A stretch of DNA of 64,000 bases from Phoronis australis. Taxonomy: Eukaryota > Animalia > Phoronida. The position numbers and the translations under genes are program-made. Below, one piece after another: positions 39,975 to 53,299 of this stretch. Numbering within the stretch: position 1 is the stretch's first letter; every line of letters begins with the position of its first letter. The stretch spans positions 716,485 through 780,484 of the forward strand of contig NMRA01000144.1 in assembly GCA_002633005.1 (NCBI GenBank), written 5' to 3'. The notes below the pieces were generated by a model. The model did not search any database. It worked only from the letters and a program-made list of their open reading frames with translations, and had not been told where the DNA came from.

Positions 39975-42900
39975 AGCGAGATATTTTGTGAAACTGCAAG
40001 ACTGTGTGAAGTGAATGTTTTGTTTATTATCATTATGCCCTGTTCGTAAAGAGAATCAATCCAAAACTTGAAGGATCACAACTTGCTGTTCAGTTGGAGA
40101 CTTCACTGAACAGTGTCAATTGATCATGTAGAAGCGATGGTTTCCCTCCTAATGATGAAGAACCACTTTTTAGTTTTGCATTTGCCTGCAGAATGTTTTT
40201 ACTCAGCAACAGAATGTTTTCATGAAGACGATGTGTTCCTTAGTCACCTATTACATTGTAGAAGTACACCATAGGTAGCCAGACTTGGTTCCTTATGGTC
40301 AATTGTGCCATATTTGTTTTGTAAAGGTCTTACAATCAACAACTGGATATTCTACAGATAGTGCTAAGACAAAGCTGTTCATCCCTGTAGGGGTGTGCAG
40401 GATTACAATGCATAACCTGCATTCCAACAGAAAGCGCTGTGTCACTAGCTGCACCCTGTGAATTTCCAGTTCTTCATTATTATAAAGACATAGTAAGTGT
40501 ATGCTAACCTTATGTCAGTGCTTGGATGCCAGTAAATATCTGGCCAATAGGAACAGTGTGCATCTAGCCTATCATGTTTGCATCAAAGCAACATGATATG
40601 AGCATTCTGTAAAGCTTGTCATTCCTGAGATACAGTGCAAGACAAAAGTTTTCAGACAAAATACTATTTTTCACGCCATAACAGCGAATTCCGTTAACAA
40701 TAAAAAGTACTTTAGGGTGAATTCTGGATTATTTTGTCTAAATACTTTGGCGTGTACTGTACTAGCAGCAGAGTATGTTGCTTGGCAACAGAAATAGTGA
40801 CAATAATTATGGACATGTACTCCCGTAATTTACCACTCCAAGCAGCCCTCCAGTCACTTTCATCTGTGGCTGTTTTACTGTCAAAATAAATGTAGTGTGC
40901 TTAGTTACTAGACACTAATGAGATGTGTTGTGTAGATTTGTACAAATTTTGCCAAGTTGTTGAGATGGTTGTCTAAGTGAACCTAGGTATAGTCGGAGTG
41001 CGACTCATTTGCATATCCTCTAGCAAACCATAAGACTGGATTTGCCAATTTGAAAGTTTACCATGAATCAGATATCCTGCTTTAGTACCCCATCCTTCAA
41101 CACTCGTCTAACATTTTCAATCTTTTAATTTATTGAACAACATAGATTTTTATGTTTTTACAACTCAGTGTTTCTCTTGTGCTATATCTCTGTTTTTGGT
41201 GTTATGTGCCAATTAAATGGTGTGGGTTCCTCTTCTTTAGAAAAGGACCGAATTTTAATGGTTAACTTAATATTTAAGTGGTGATGCTAATGAAAAGGGT
41301 GGTTCATTATTATGTATATTAGAGATTGAAAACAGAATAATGTTTAGTGCCACATGGGTGTCTGTGGAATTCGCGTTTCACATCACTACGTGTATGCATA
41401 CATTTTTTAGGTTATACCATCGTTTCACTGGGGCTACTTTTTGAATTTCCGGCTCCTCATGTGAACCGTCTCGTGCTGTCACATTCTGCTTTGTACATAT
41501 CATTATAAGAATACATGTGTTAGTTTGTAACTTTCTCTTAACATAGCAGTTACCTTATACTGTAGCAATATCAGAAGTTACAAAGATATGAACATTGTAT
41601 CGAACATAGAGATGCTCCACCTACCACCAGTTTCACAATGCACAAAATCTAAATCAAGCAATTGACTGTTGGTTATGTAAAGTAAGGGGAGAATGATCAT
41701 GTGAACATTTTGAAGTATTTTACTAAAAGCTCTATTTTAGAACCAATATTATAAGTTAACACGTCAGGTAGTGTGGCAGCTGACTTTGGAGAGCTTGGTT
41801 CCTGACATAACATGGCGGTGGCTACATCCCTGCACTAAATTTTCATCTTTTCCTGTGGAAAAGTTTTTACTTTTTGCTTCCATTCTATTGTAATCTGATA
41901 TTGCCCATAAATTAAGAAGGGCACTTCAACAGAACACATATCAATTTGTAACTTAAGTATTGTAAAACATAAGTTTGTATAGGACACTGTCGCACCAAAC
42001 AGTCTCAGAGCCCATATTAACGTAGTGGTGAAATGGGCTGGGAATGGGCGACTTCAGGCAAAAAATGTGCATGGAATACGCCACATCAGCGGGGTTTCTA
42101 CCTAGACTGTACAATGCTTGGTCGTTTGTAGATCATACCAAGAACTTCCTTGGCGTGGCAGGAATTTTGCACAATTGAAATTCACTTAGACATATTGAGT
42201 TTATTAACGCAGTAACTCATTGAATCGCATTGTGATATTATCCCATCATTTGTGTTAGCGAGTGCCAAATTGTTTTGTCTTTGAAGGAGTAAGATTGCCG
42301 TTAGTAAAAAAGGAACTGTTCCATATATATTCCATGAAGTATTCTTAGATTTTCAGTGGAGCTATACACCCTATTGTAGGGGACAGTATTGTAACGATGG
42401 CTGCATGTATGTAGACCCATGCACCTTACTAAATGTACTATATTTTTTTCAAAAATAAATCGAATGGGTACAGCTTTACATAACGGTAATGCCAAATGTC
42501 CCAAATACCTGCGTACATGGTTAGTGGTTGTTCATTATGGTATTGCTATGTTAAAAAGGAATGTTACCTTTTTTGATGGTGTTTATGGTCATGATTTCTA
42601 TGAAACTGAATTCATTAGAAAATTACTCTTCAAACCAGAAGTGTGAGCAAGTTGCACAATAAAAGTCTGCGAGACTTGGGCGGCTGAATTTACTATTCTT
42701 AGGTTTTTTACCTGGCACAATTGCTCTTTTCGAATGGCAAATTGTTATACACCAGGGCTGTGCCTGAAAATGGTTGGCGCCTCCCTCACTGGACACAGTT
42801 ATCAAAACGAAAGAGAGGTGGCACAGTTCACTTGGCCCCGCCTACATATATTTTCCAAACTTACTCACTGCAACTCTTCTGGTTGTCAACTCGATGAATG

Positions 42901-43999
42901 TGAAATCAATACCTGTTAATAAAATAACCACAAATGACCAAAAACACGTTCAAAAGGGCAAACTGTTCCCCTTTAAGTAATAAGTACATTTGGAATGATG
43001 TTTGGTATGAAGTATGTAGTACGAAGAAACTAAACACTCAATTCATAAAACTGTATATATTTCATTTATATTGTGCTTGTATACAAATCGATTCATTTTA
43101 TTTTTCTAATAAAATTAACCAAGAATAAAATACCTGTTGTTTTAATAGTTGTGAAAACACATTGTCTAAAAGAACAAAGGAAACAATCACCATCAATAGT
43201 CTGCAATAATCTGATACAATAGCACTTAACAACTTCTATAACCAAGAAAACTAGATGATTGAATTCATGTTCCTTGTAATAAATCAAAACACTGATGATA
43301 TTTTATGGAAGTTCCAAATGTCTATAAACTTTATATACTCGAACATGAATCTGATCACCAAAAGTTCTACAATTCCTTAAATTATGAACTTAAGAACATA
43401 ACGAAAGAAATAAATTAAGTACAGAATTCCATCTTGCATAGTCGTATTAAAATTTCTATAACAAGTTGAAACAATCACCTAGCATGCATAAATTGTGAAC
43501 TGAACAATCTGAGATGTTAATAAGACCTGCTCCTACAGCTAGTGGACCTGACCCCCAATGCACTGCACGTGGTGATATGCTCTCCTTGCAATGTATAAAT
43601 TGGGCGTGTAACTAATTGTTTTGGGGGGCATTTTACTCTCAGGTCAAATGTACTTCATTGCAATCATTTACACTATGTCTGACACATTGTAAGTCATCGT
43701 TCCGTTCAACATAAACATGTCGTTACCTTATAATTGATTTAATCCTCATTTCCATTCTGTTGCCTCGCTGTCAGCATCTGAACCACTAGGTTCAAAGAAA
43801 ACAAAACACAACGCTGCACTCGTTCAAATACTGCAACATTTGCATATGTATGGCAATTGCATTAGAGACAGAGAAAACAGAAATATTTAAAAAGATGATC
43901 AGCCTTCCATTGTGTAGTCTGTAAACTGTATTTGGTTACGGTTGCGTCCACTAGGGTTGCTGCATATTCGTCTAACAAATACAACGCTCTCACTTGAAT

Positions 44000-44450
44000 G
44001 AAAAATAACCTGGGCTCAACCCACACAGGTAACACCAACACCTTCAACATCAACAGACAATGTCGCAGTGAGTGGTATATCACGCTTAACAGAGTGATAA
44101 AGGATAAAGAAAAAGTGAAGAGCCCACTCACAATAAAGATGACAAAAACGTTTACAACCGTGAATCCGCACAGGCCATTTGAAGATCATTATAAGACCAT
44201 AATGGCTCACAAATACAGAATCCACCACCAATTCACGGAAATCAGACATCTGAAGAGCACACTCAAAAAACAAAGAATGTGCTATCAAAATCAACTTCAG
44301 TGAAAATTATGGGTGTAAAGCAAACAAGGAGATCCAATCGATGTATTTTGGATCAAGTTGGCAGCAGGCCAGCCTGCATACAGGTCACGTAACAACATTT
44401 ACTGAGAATTTGTCCACAAGGTAAAAACCCAATTACTGAACAACAAGTGA
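44000..44450 (+). pseudogene. Possible decayed GIY-YIG endonuclease tail of a Penelope-like element
   Basis: Frame-broken fragments (PFEDHYKT..HKY, WIKLAAGQPAY, LLNNK) are spaced like the PLE endonuclease C-terminus. Weak resemblance only. Confidence 0.3.
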
Positions 44451-46870
44451 AGACACACGGCATATCGCACCTGCCATATGATGCACTTGCATCCCGTACT
44501 CATAGACTTGAAGCACAGGGGATCAGATGGCCATTCAAGAAAAGTACAAGAACTCCACAAATATCCACCTGCTTTTGACTCTCCCTTTTGCTTTAAGTTT
44601 TAAATGTGAACTAGAACTTCTTAGAATACTCATATGGTAAAGGCCAAGCAGATGGAGCTGGTGCTGCTCTGCTGTCAAATGCTGCGCTGACTGGTTTGTT
44701 GTCCAAGTAGCCAACATACTCACATGTCATGACATGGCCACTCTATTAAGGGGTCAAAGTGAAAGCCACACTCTACAAAATTCCCCAGAACCAAGTAGAA
44801 AAGCTCGTTGGGAAGCATAGAGTCTCAAAAGCAACTATGTGATGGGAAAATGTCAGACACATCAAGTTATTTCTGATGAATACAGTGTGATATATTACAC
44901 AGTTATCTCCCTATTGCAACTCAGGCACCTCGTCAAGAATTTGCCAACATGACCACACGGTAAAGGTGGTATTGAGGAACTCCATAGCACCAGTCCTTCA
45001 TAAGAAACCATCATATATCGACAAAGTTAATGATGCAGGTAAACTGAAACAGCAACTTACTAAAGATGAAATTACTCTTTTTGTGTCTTTTCAAGAAAGG
45101 TTATGAGGTAACCTTTTCTGATCTGTCGCCTCTTTCTAATGACAAACGTAAAGAGTATGTTATGTGGCAGGCATGGAGAACGGCAAAATTGCAGCAAGGG
45201 ACAATGTACTGCAAGGTTTCTGGAAATTTCTGAGATCAGATAATAACAGTTAATGATATGATTAGATGAGATCATGTGGTTTTTGTTAGCCAATCAGTAA
45301 GTAAGTGCATTATTATAATTTGGGCAGAAGACTGAGAGGCAGTCAGATAGAGTTTAGCGTTTGAAGCTACAGGACTTGCTTCAGGGTACTGAAGAAATAG
45401 TACAACGGAAAAACTCATGGAGGATTCAAAGAGGATCTTGGCACGGCAAACGTTAATGAACAGGAAATTAACCAAGAGCTTGCCACTTGCATTCTGGGTA
45501 GTGAGATACTGCCAGCACGGGTTGCGTCATGAAGAACAGTGACCAGCAAGAGGAATTGTGAGTAGTCAGATACTGCCTAAAAGTGTTATTACGTCAAAAA
45601 GAACTGCAACCAGCCAGTACACTGTCACAGTACTAGAGAATTATGACATAAATATAGATGGCACTTGCTATTCGCCCTAGCCGCCATGTTCCTTTTGTCT
45701 CTAAGTCCATTGTTTAATTAGCGGTAAGATTCCCTCATTTATTGTAGCCTTAGCACATCTGAAGCATTGTTAACCTATTGTAATCACACGTCACTTATCA
45801 GCGACCTAGTATTTACCCCGTCTCTGTTCTTTCAGGTTACGATCATTCGTAGTTTGCTGTCATCAATAAACAGTAAAGAAATACTTGCGAGTTATTTTCT
45901 ATGATCATGACCACTAATCCTCTTAAACCAGCGACTCCAAACGACGCCCACCGTCCAGTGTCCTCACCCCGGGTGCAGCTACGAAACTGGCGACAGGGAA
46001 GTAACACTAGCTGTTGAATTTCTAAAAATACACGGACTCACACACACCGCCCAGCCCAGTGCCAGCGTCAAGCTCGACAGAGTTAACCGGCCGTCCATCA
46101 CCACCAACGTGAGTTCTGCGGACTGGCAGTATTTCCTGACGCAATGGAACGAGTACGTAGAAGCCACTGGCATCACAGGGAAAACCAGAACCATTCAACT
46201 TCTGGAATGCTGCGACGAAAGACTAAGAAAGGACCTCACACGCACCTCTGTCGACCCCCTGACATCACTGGACATTAAAGCGATTCTGGCTTCCATGAAG
46301 AAATTGGCTGTGCGTGCAGAGGTTCCGATGGTAGCCCGGGCTCAGTTGTATACAATGACCCAAGACCACGACGAGCCAGTCCGCACATTTTGCACCCACG
46401 TGCGTGGCCAGGCCGCTGTGTGCCAACACTCCTTGCCCTGTCCATCATGCAATCAACCTGTCGCCTACACTGACTCAGTGATCACTGATGTGGTGAGCCA
46501 AGGCCTTGCAGACAAGGACATCCAGCTAGACCTATTGGGGGACTCCAACCAGTCACCCTCTCTAGAAGAGGTCCTCTTATTTGTCGAAAAGAAGGAAACG
46601 GGCAAACGCTCAGCCACATGCCACGCTGAGCCCACTCACGTCCATGCGGTTAAGAGCACATACCGCAAAAACCGGGATGCACGCCCGAAACCCCACGACA
46701 ACATTTTACCGGATCCGCGCCCTGACATAAACGACACATGCACATACTGCGGCCAGACCGGCCACGGCAGAAAAGCACCGACGAAGACACGCCGTAGTTC
46801 TTGTCCCGTCTTCAGCCACACTTGCCAGAGGTGTAGCACCAAGAACCACTTTCCAGCTGTGTGTCGCGGC

Positions 46871-47030
46871 TGTTGTAGATGTTAACTGACTTGCTGTAGC
46901 TGTGATTTATATCTTAATCAATAGATGGCATTGCATGTTGCTACCTTGGTTAGGTCAAGGTCGTTCTAAAAAATAAATAATAAAATGGTGGACATGTGAC
47001 TTATTTCATTGGCATACACAAGCCTAAACA
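46871..47030 (+). repeat. 5' LTR
   Basis: tgttgtagat...agcctaaaca; matches 50783-50942 with 3 mismatches. Confidence 0.95.
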
Positions 47031-48517
47031 TGGTGTCAGGAACAGATAGGAACCACAACACATTCAGTGAGTACCCGTGCTTTATACAGACATTGTGATA
47101 AACACTGAACTGGGACTGGTGCTGTTGTGATTTCAGTGACAGTTACTGAGCTCAGCACTTCTTGAACTTTCCTTCCCAAAACAAAATGGCTTCCTACCAG
47201 ATACCTCCACCGGCACCTATGAGTGTAAAAGGAGACTTAGTGGAAAATTGGAAGGACTTTAAAAGTGCATAGCAGTTCTACGTTATTGCTACTGACTTGC
47301 AATCAAAACTGACTGTAGATGAGGAACCTTCCCCTGCTGGAATGAAACTGGTTGCAGCAACATTGTGTTCAGTTATGGGCCAAGCATGTCTCAAAATTCT
47401 TAATGCCCTGCCAGACGTCACGAAGGAGGACAAACAACATTATCTCAAGATACTTGAAAAGTTAGAGAATCATTTTGTACCTCAACGACATGTCCTGTAT
47501 GAACGCTTCAAGTTCAACAAAGCCCAGCAGACGGAAAAGGAAACAGTTGATGGATTTGTCATACGGCTGAGACAGCTCGCTGAAACATGTGAATTTGGGA
47601 GTTTGACCGAAAGCCTCATAAGGGATCGATTGGTTATCGGCACCACAGACAGCCATGGCAGAGACAGGTTGCTACGCGAGCGCCCAGTACCCACCCTTAA
47701 ACGCTGTATCGACACATTGCGTGCATCTGAGATGTCCCGAACGCACAGGTCAGAAATACAAAATACTGACGGTCAGGTCCACGCTGCAATGAAATCTAAA
47801 GATAAACAAACTTGCAAGAAAATGGCTTCTACCAAACCTAAGAAACAGAGAGAGAAGAAACCTTGCGGCTACTGTGGAACAGTGCACGAAAAAGGAAAGT
47901 GTCCAGCATTTGGGAATCGCTATGCGAAATGTGGTAGAAACAACCATCTACCATCGGTATGCCGCAGTACAAAGAAAAAAGTCCACCAAACCAGTCACAC
48001 AGATGTAGGTAACGCACATGATTATGAATCAGACGATTCCATATTCAGTACAAGACGAACCCGGAAAGTGTGCGCATGATGGTACCCATGACCTTTCACA
48101 GCAAAGTGGTGACTACAATCCCTGTGCAGCTTGACAGTGGAGCGACTTGTAGTGCCATGTCACTAGCAACACTACAAGGAATACTGCAGTCCGACAAGGT
48201 AGATTTACATCCCTGCACTAGCTCTATAGAGTTCTATGATGGCACGAAGATTCAACCCCTTGGAACTTATTCGTTAGACATCAGTAGAGATGATGGTCCC
48301 GTTTTTACAGAGAGGTTTGACATAGTGCCACAGGCACCCTGGCCTATTATTAATGGAGAGCTCTGTATCGACCGCGGATGGATTTCCATACATGGATCTA
48401 CAATTCATACTGCTGCAGCAACACCCCTTTGCAAGACAGATGTCCTACAAAGGTATCATGATGTATTTCATGGCTTAGGCTGTTTGCCAGGCGAATACAC
48501 CATTGAGGTAGACAACA

Positions 48518-50635
48518 ATGTACCACCGGTACAGCACACACCCAGAAGAGTTCGTGCCCCTGCGGAAGAAGCTAAAAGAGAAGTTGGAAAGCATGGCAGA
48601 ACAAGGAATAATAGCAAGGGTCACAGAACCAACAGATTGGATCAGCAGTTTAGTTGCGGTGAGCAAAGGTGACAAACTCAGAATTTGCATCGATCCGAAA
48701 GATCTGAATCAAGCAATAAAGCGACCCAAATATCAAATGCCGACGCTGGATGAACTACTACCTACTTTGTCTAAGGCAAAAATCTTCTCAGTCCTTGACG
48801 CTAAGGATGGATTCTTCCAAATAAAACTTACAGAAGAAAGCAGCTACCTTACTACTTTCTGGTCTCCCTTTGGAAGGTACCGATACCTCAGATGTCCACA
48901 AGGTATTTCCAGTGCTCCAGAAGAGTACCAACGTAGACAGAAAGAAGTACTTGATGGACATGGCGTAGACGTGATAGCTGATGACATCATCTGTTTTGGA
49001 TCAGGAGACTCTGTTGAAGAGGCCGAGGCAGACCATGATAGAAACATGATTGCTCTACTTGAGAGAATGCGTCAAGTGAATCTGAAGCTCAACCCTAAGA
49101 AGCTGAGATTTAAACTGGATGAAGTGACATATATGGGTCATTTGTTCACTGCTGAAGGTGTTAGGCCCGATCCAGCTAAAGTAGAAGCGATTCTGAATAT
49201 GCCCCGTCCAGAAAACGCGAAAGCTATTCAATGCTTGTTGGGGAGTGTCAATTATCTTTCCCGTTTTCTACCCAAGCTGTCAGATGTTAGTGAGCCGCTT
49301 CGATTTTTGACTCAGAAGGATGTTGAGTGGACATGGCAGTCACAACAAGAGAAAGCTTATCAAGCGATACTCAAGCTTGTGGCTGACACCCCTGTACTGC
49401 GATACTATGATGTCAATGCCCCTGTAACCATACAATGTGACGCATCGGACAAAGGCATTGGCATGGCCCTCATGCAAGCTGGACAGCCAGTTGCATTCGC
49501 TTCTCGAGCCTTGTCATCAACGGAGCAAGGTTATGCTCAGATTGAGAAGGAATGTTTGGCTATAGTTCTTTCATGCGAGCGCTTTGACCAGTATTTGCAT
49601 GGTCGTGATGTAATAAATGTCCAGACTGATCACCGTCCACTAATTTCCATATTCAAGAAATCCATACATAGTGCTCCAAAAAGGCTCCAGAGAATGTTGA
49701 TGAGGCTGCAGAAGTATAACCTCGACGTTCAGCATCTACCAGGTACACAGATGTTCATAGCTGACATGCTTTCCAGAGCGTACTTGCCAGTACAACCTGT
49801 GAAGGAAGAACATCCAAGGTGCTACGTGTTTCAGATGTCACAAGAAACCACTCTGTGCGAGGATATTGCATCAATTAAGCAACGTGATCACTTGTCATTA
49901 GCTTTAACCACACATCTGCAAATACAGCGATGTACCCAAGCGGACCCTGTTCTGCAGTCGCTAGCTGTCACAGTTCTGACTGGTTGGCCTGATAGTCGTC
50001 AGGAAGCTCCTGCTTGTATTCGTGAATATTGGAATTTCCGAGATGAGTTGACGGTGGAAGATGGTGTAATATACAAGGGTATGAAAGCACTTATACCAGC
50101 CACCATGCGCCCACAGATGATAGCTCGTTCACATACCAGCCACCTTGGAGCTGAAGCTTGCATACGCAGAGCACGAGATGTCGTGTTTTGGCCTGGGATG
50201 GCTAACGACATAGCAGAGAAAGTCAAGTCATGCCCAGTATACAATGAGTACCTTTCAAGGCAACAGAAGGAACCGCTTATGACGCACAAGTTACCAACTC
50301 TACCATGGTCCAAGGTTGGACAAGATTTGTTCCAGCTTAATTATGGTGAGCACTACTTGGTAACTGTAGATTATTTCAGCGATTACTTTGAGCTTGACCA
50401 CTTAGAAGATACCACTGCCAAGACTGTGATTGAGACAACCAAAGATCATTTCGCTCGACATGGTATTGCCGATATGGTAACGGACAACGGTCTTCAGTTA
50501 ACTATTCAGGAGTTTGAAGAGTTCCGCCAGAACTGGAACTTCGAGCACATCACCAGTTCACCCCTACACAGTCAAAGCAATGGGAAAGCCGAGTCCGCAG
50601 TGAAGATAGCTAAGAATTTGGTGAAGAGTAGTTAG
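48518..50635 (+). pseudogene. pol ORF (RT-RNase H-partial integrase) of the inner Gypsy element
   Basis: 705-aa ORF with canonical RT, RNase H and integrase motifs; frameshifted relative to the upstream protease. Confidence 0.9.
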
Positions 50636-50782
50636 CGGTAACACTTTGGCTTATAGGGCAGAATAATCCCTTGTCATTGTGTTCTGGGATGGACAGTCTA
50701 CTCCTTCCCAGTGTTCGTGTTTAGTTCACTATCTCTAGATCGTTCATTAAACAGTATTGGTTCTACATTTTTGGAGGGGAGA

Positions 50783-50942
50783 TGTTGTAGATATTAACTG
50801 ACTTGCTGGAGCTGTGATTTATATCTTAATCAATAGATGGCATTGCATGTTGCTACCTTGGTTAGGTCAAGGTCGTTCTAAAGAATAAATAATAAAATGG
50901 TGGACATGTGACTTATTTCATTGGCATACACAAGCCTAAACA
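50783..50942 (+). repeat. 3' LTR
   Basis: Preceded by the PPT and followed by TSD GCGGC. Confidence 0.95.
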
Positions 50943-52215
50943 GCGGCCACCGCCGCAACGCTCATCAAGACGCCTACACTCAACACGGCCATGCATCCTT
51001 CGACAGCCTTTGCCTCGTCGACGACGCCACTGGGATCACCCTCGACCACCACATCTTCGATCACTCCTCCGGCGCATGGGTCAAGGGCAAATCGATGTCG
51101 CAGCCCACGATCACCTTATCAGTGAGCGTCGCCCATGACGATTACCCTTCACTCGGCGTCCACCCTACTCCGTCGGCCACCATTGGCGGTGCCACTATTG
51201 CCTGCATAGCAGACAGCGGGTGCCAAAGCTGCCTGGCAGGCACGTTCCTACTCACTCAACTGGGCATGTCGCTCGCGGACCGGCTTCCCACCACCCTGAT
51301 CATGAGAACGGCGAACAACAGCGACATTACCATCCTAGGGGCGGTTATCATCTGTCTATTGAGCCTTCAGCCCCCCAAACGCAGCACTTTTAAAACAGAT
51401 CGTCTACATCTCGGACTCTGATGATAAATTCTTCCTGAGTAGACAGGCCTGCCTAGGGTTAGGTATAATTAGCGCTGAATTCCCAACCATCAGCAAGTGC
51501 CTCTCGACCAAACATGACGGCGACGACACCTCTTGCAGGTGCCCACCTCAGGTTAAACCCCTCCCCGTCCTACGAAACTTCTGTTTCCCGCTAATGCCGA
51601 CAACTGGGAACGCCTGCAACATTGGCTTTTGGACCACTACGCGTCCTCCACATTCAACACATGCGTAAGTAGAGCATGTGCTAGTACAAGGATCAACCAA
51701 CAGGATTGTCACTCAACGAGTGTCGAGCTCTACAGATTGGATAAGATGTTTGATTGATTATGGTTAATTGATTGAAATAAGTAACTATCCTTGCAGAGGG
51801 CGCTGGCCACTAGCGTAGTTACTCTTCTTCATTGAGTACTTAATTAACAACAGGTTTCTTTTGTATTAATAAGTGGTTATTATATAATACATTAATTACT
51901 GGATTTAATAATTCTCTCTCCATCCAGGCTCATCACAAAGCATAACTAGACGAAACCAAGTCAACTTTCTGACAACATATGAGCAAAGTTCTAGCCAAAA
52001 AACTTAATGTCATAATGAATTAAATACCACAACAATGCATGCCCAGCTACAAAGAATCCAGTCAACAGAAAGGAACTTTGAAAGAGAAATATGCAGATCA
52101 ATTTGCATACTCCTATTTAATGTTAAGTCATCATGATGTATCACTAGTAATGTTAATGTTAAATAAATGCAGGAGGTATTGTGTATTCAATTTAAAAGTT
52201 TATTATTTGTTTTAG

Positions 52216-52544
52216 GTGATGAACAGCCCTGGGTTTTGTGCAGAGCATTGCACATATACACCGATAGAAAATGAGAAATGACCGTCACCTAATTTGATTT
52301 ATGTGATGGGTAGATGGACAGTCCTGGGTTCTGTGCACAGTATTGCACATACACAATCACAGAGAACAAGACAAAGATCGCAGCCATTAATTCAGTTGAC
52401 CGGCGCGAAACCAACTGTAAGTCTCCAGTAATGGAGAAAGAAAGGTTCCTTCACAGGATGCGAGACCCTGAAGACAGAGGAGTTGAACTGTGCGAAGTAA
52501 TAACTGTTGCCCATTGTCAAATTAATGCTTCAATGAGTGAGTAG
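52216..52544 (+). mobile_element. Kolobok-like DDE transposase fragment with partial tandem duplication
   Basis: CDG*MDSPGFCAQYCTYT...VDRRET...MEKE...EVITVAH resembles the GDGRxDSPG...YxTY...TDxH signature. The SPGFCA..CTYT segment occurs twice (52216-52280 and 52305-52370). Confidence 0.6.
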
Positions 52545-53299
52545 GTATTACTGCAATAAATGCTACAAATGGTGTAGCGTGTGAGAAAGTATGTCGTAAT
52601 GTAATTGTATTGAACGTTAAGTGCCTTTGGACTATTGTGGCATTTTACTTTAAGTCTATTTAGCACACCGTATGAAAGCCAAGTCAAATTCTATTTATAA
52701 CCAATTTCCACAAAACAGTACAGTATAGACGCCCTAAAATAATACTTGTTAAAGCTCCCATTGTTTGCAGCAAGTTTAACAGCATTTGAAGGGGGGAGGA
52801 GAAATTACTATTTTCAATTGGCAATTATTATTCTGCATATTAGAGCAATTAAATTTATCTTGTTAGATGCATTTATTGTCATTACTTTGACATTTATCAC
52901 TTTATTTTTATATCAACCCCTAAGGTTTATTTTTTGCATTACTCATCTCTGTAGCCTCAAGGGTTTACTTTTGTATTCATACATTTCTCTACTCAACACC
53001 TGATTGGTCACTCATATTTCCTTTGTTCAGTTCAACATGGTCTAGCTCATTCAGCTACCTACCTCGTCGTCCACAAGTCCTTCGTTTTTACTCTACATTT
53101 TTTGTCTTTTGGCCCTCGTTTTTCCACCTTTCATACCATACTCTTGTTCAAGTGCCACCTTCTCCAACTTTTTGTGCCACTGATTCATTTCTCTAATTCT
53201 CCACCATCCATTTCGAGGAAAGTCCCGGTTTTTATTTTAACCCTAAATGCACTCACTTTCTATATGTCGCCCCAGTTGCATCCTTGGCAGTTCTTACAT

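Larger units (their letters stand above)
46871..50942 (+). mobile_element. Ty3/Gypsy LTR retrotransposon with both LTRs, defective gag-pol
   Basis: 160-bp TG...CA LTRs, PBS TGGTGTCAGG at 47031, PPT GGAGGGGAGA at 50773-50782, TSD GCGGC (46866-46870 / 50943-50947). gag 47186-48079 has a TAG at 47270. Protease LDSGA, RT (LDAKDGFFQ, IADDII), RNase H (CDAS, TDHRPL) and integrase (TDNG, SNGKAE) occur in Gypsy order. Frameshifts near 48060 and 48545; integrase is C-terminally truncated at 50635. Confidence 0.95.
45584..51665 (+). mobile_element. Host Ty3/Gypsy element (gag-protease, truncated), interrupted by a second Gypsy element
   Basis: gag from 45944 (ACG where ATG is expected; TPTVQCPHPGC...LKIHGLTH; DWQYFLTQWNEY; QDHDEPVRTF; zinc knuckles CTYCGQTGH and CQRCSTKNH). 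Coding resumes in frame after 50947 into a protease (IADSGCQSCLAG) and truncates near 51665. The 5' boundary is approximate. Confidence 0.8.

Noticed and set aside
40140-40470. Possible snoRNA or SECIS (AATGATGA box; gggtgtgcag/ctgcaccc stem) in the 3'UTR region
   Set aside because: No properly placed D box or terminal stem, and no in-frame TGA in the gene.
45985-46000. TGGCGACAGG as a primer-binding site
   Set aside because: It lies inside the gag reading frame (ETGDRE), downstream of the inferred start.
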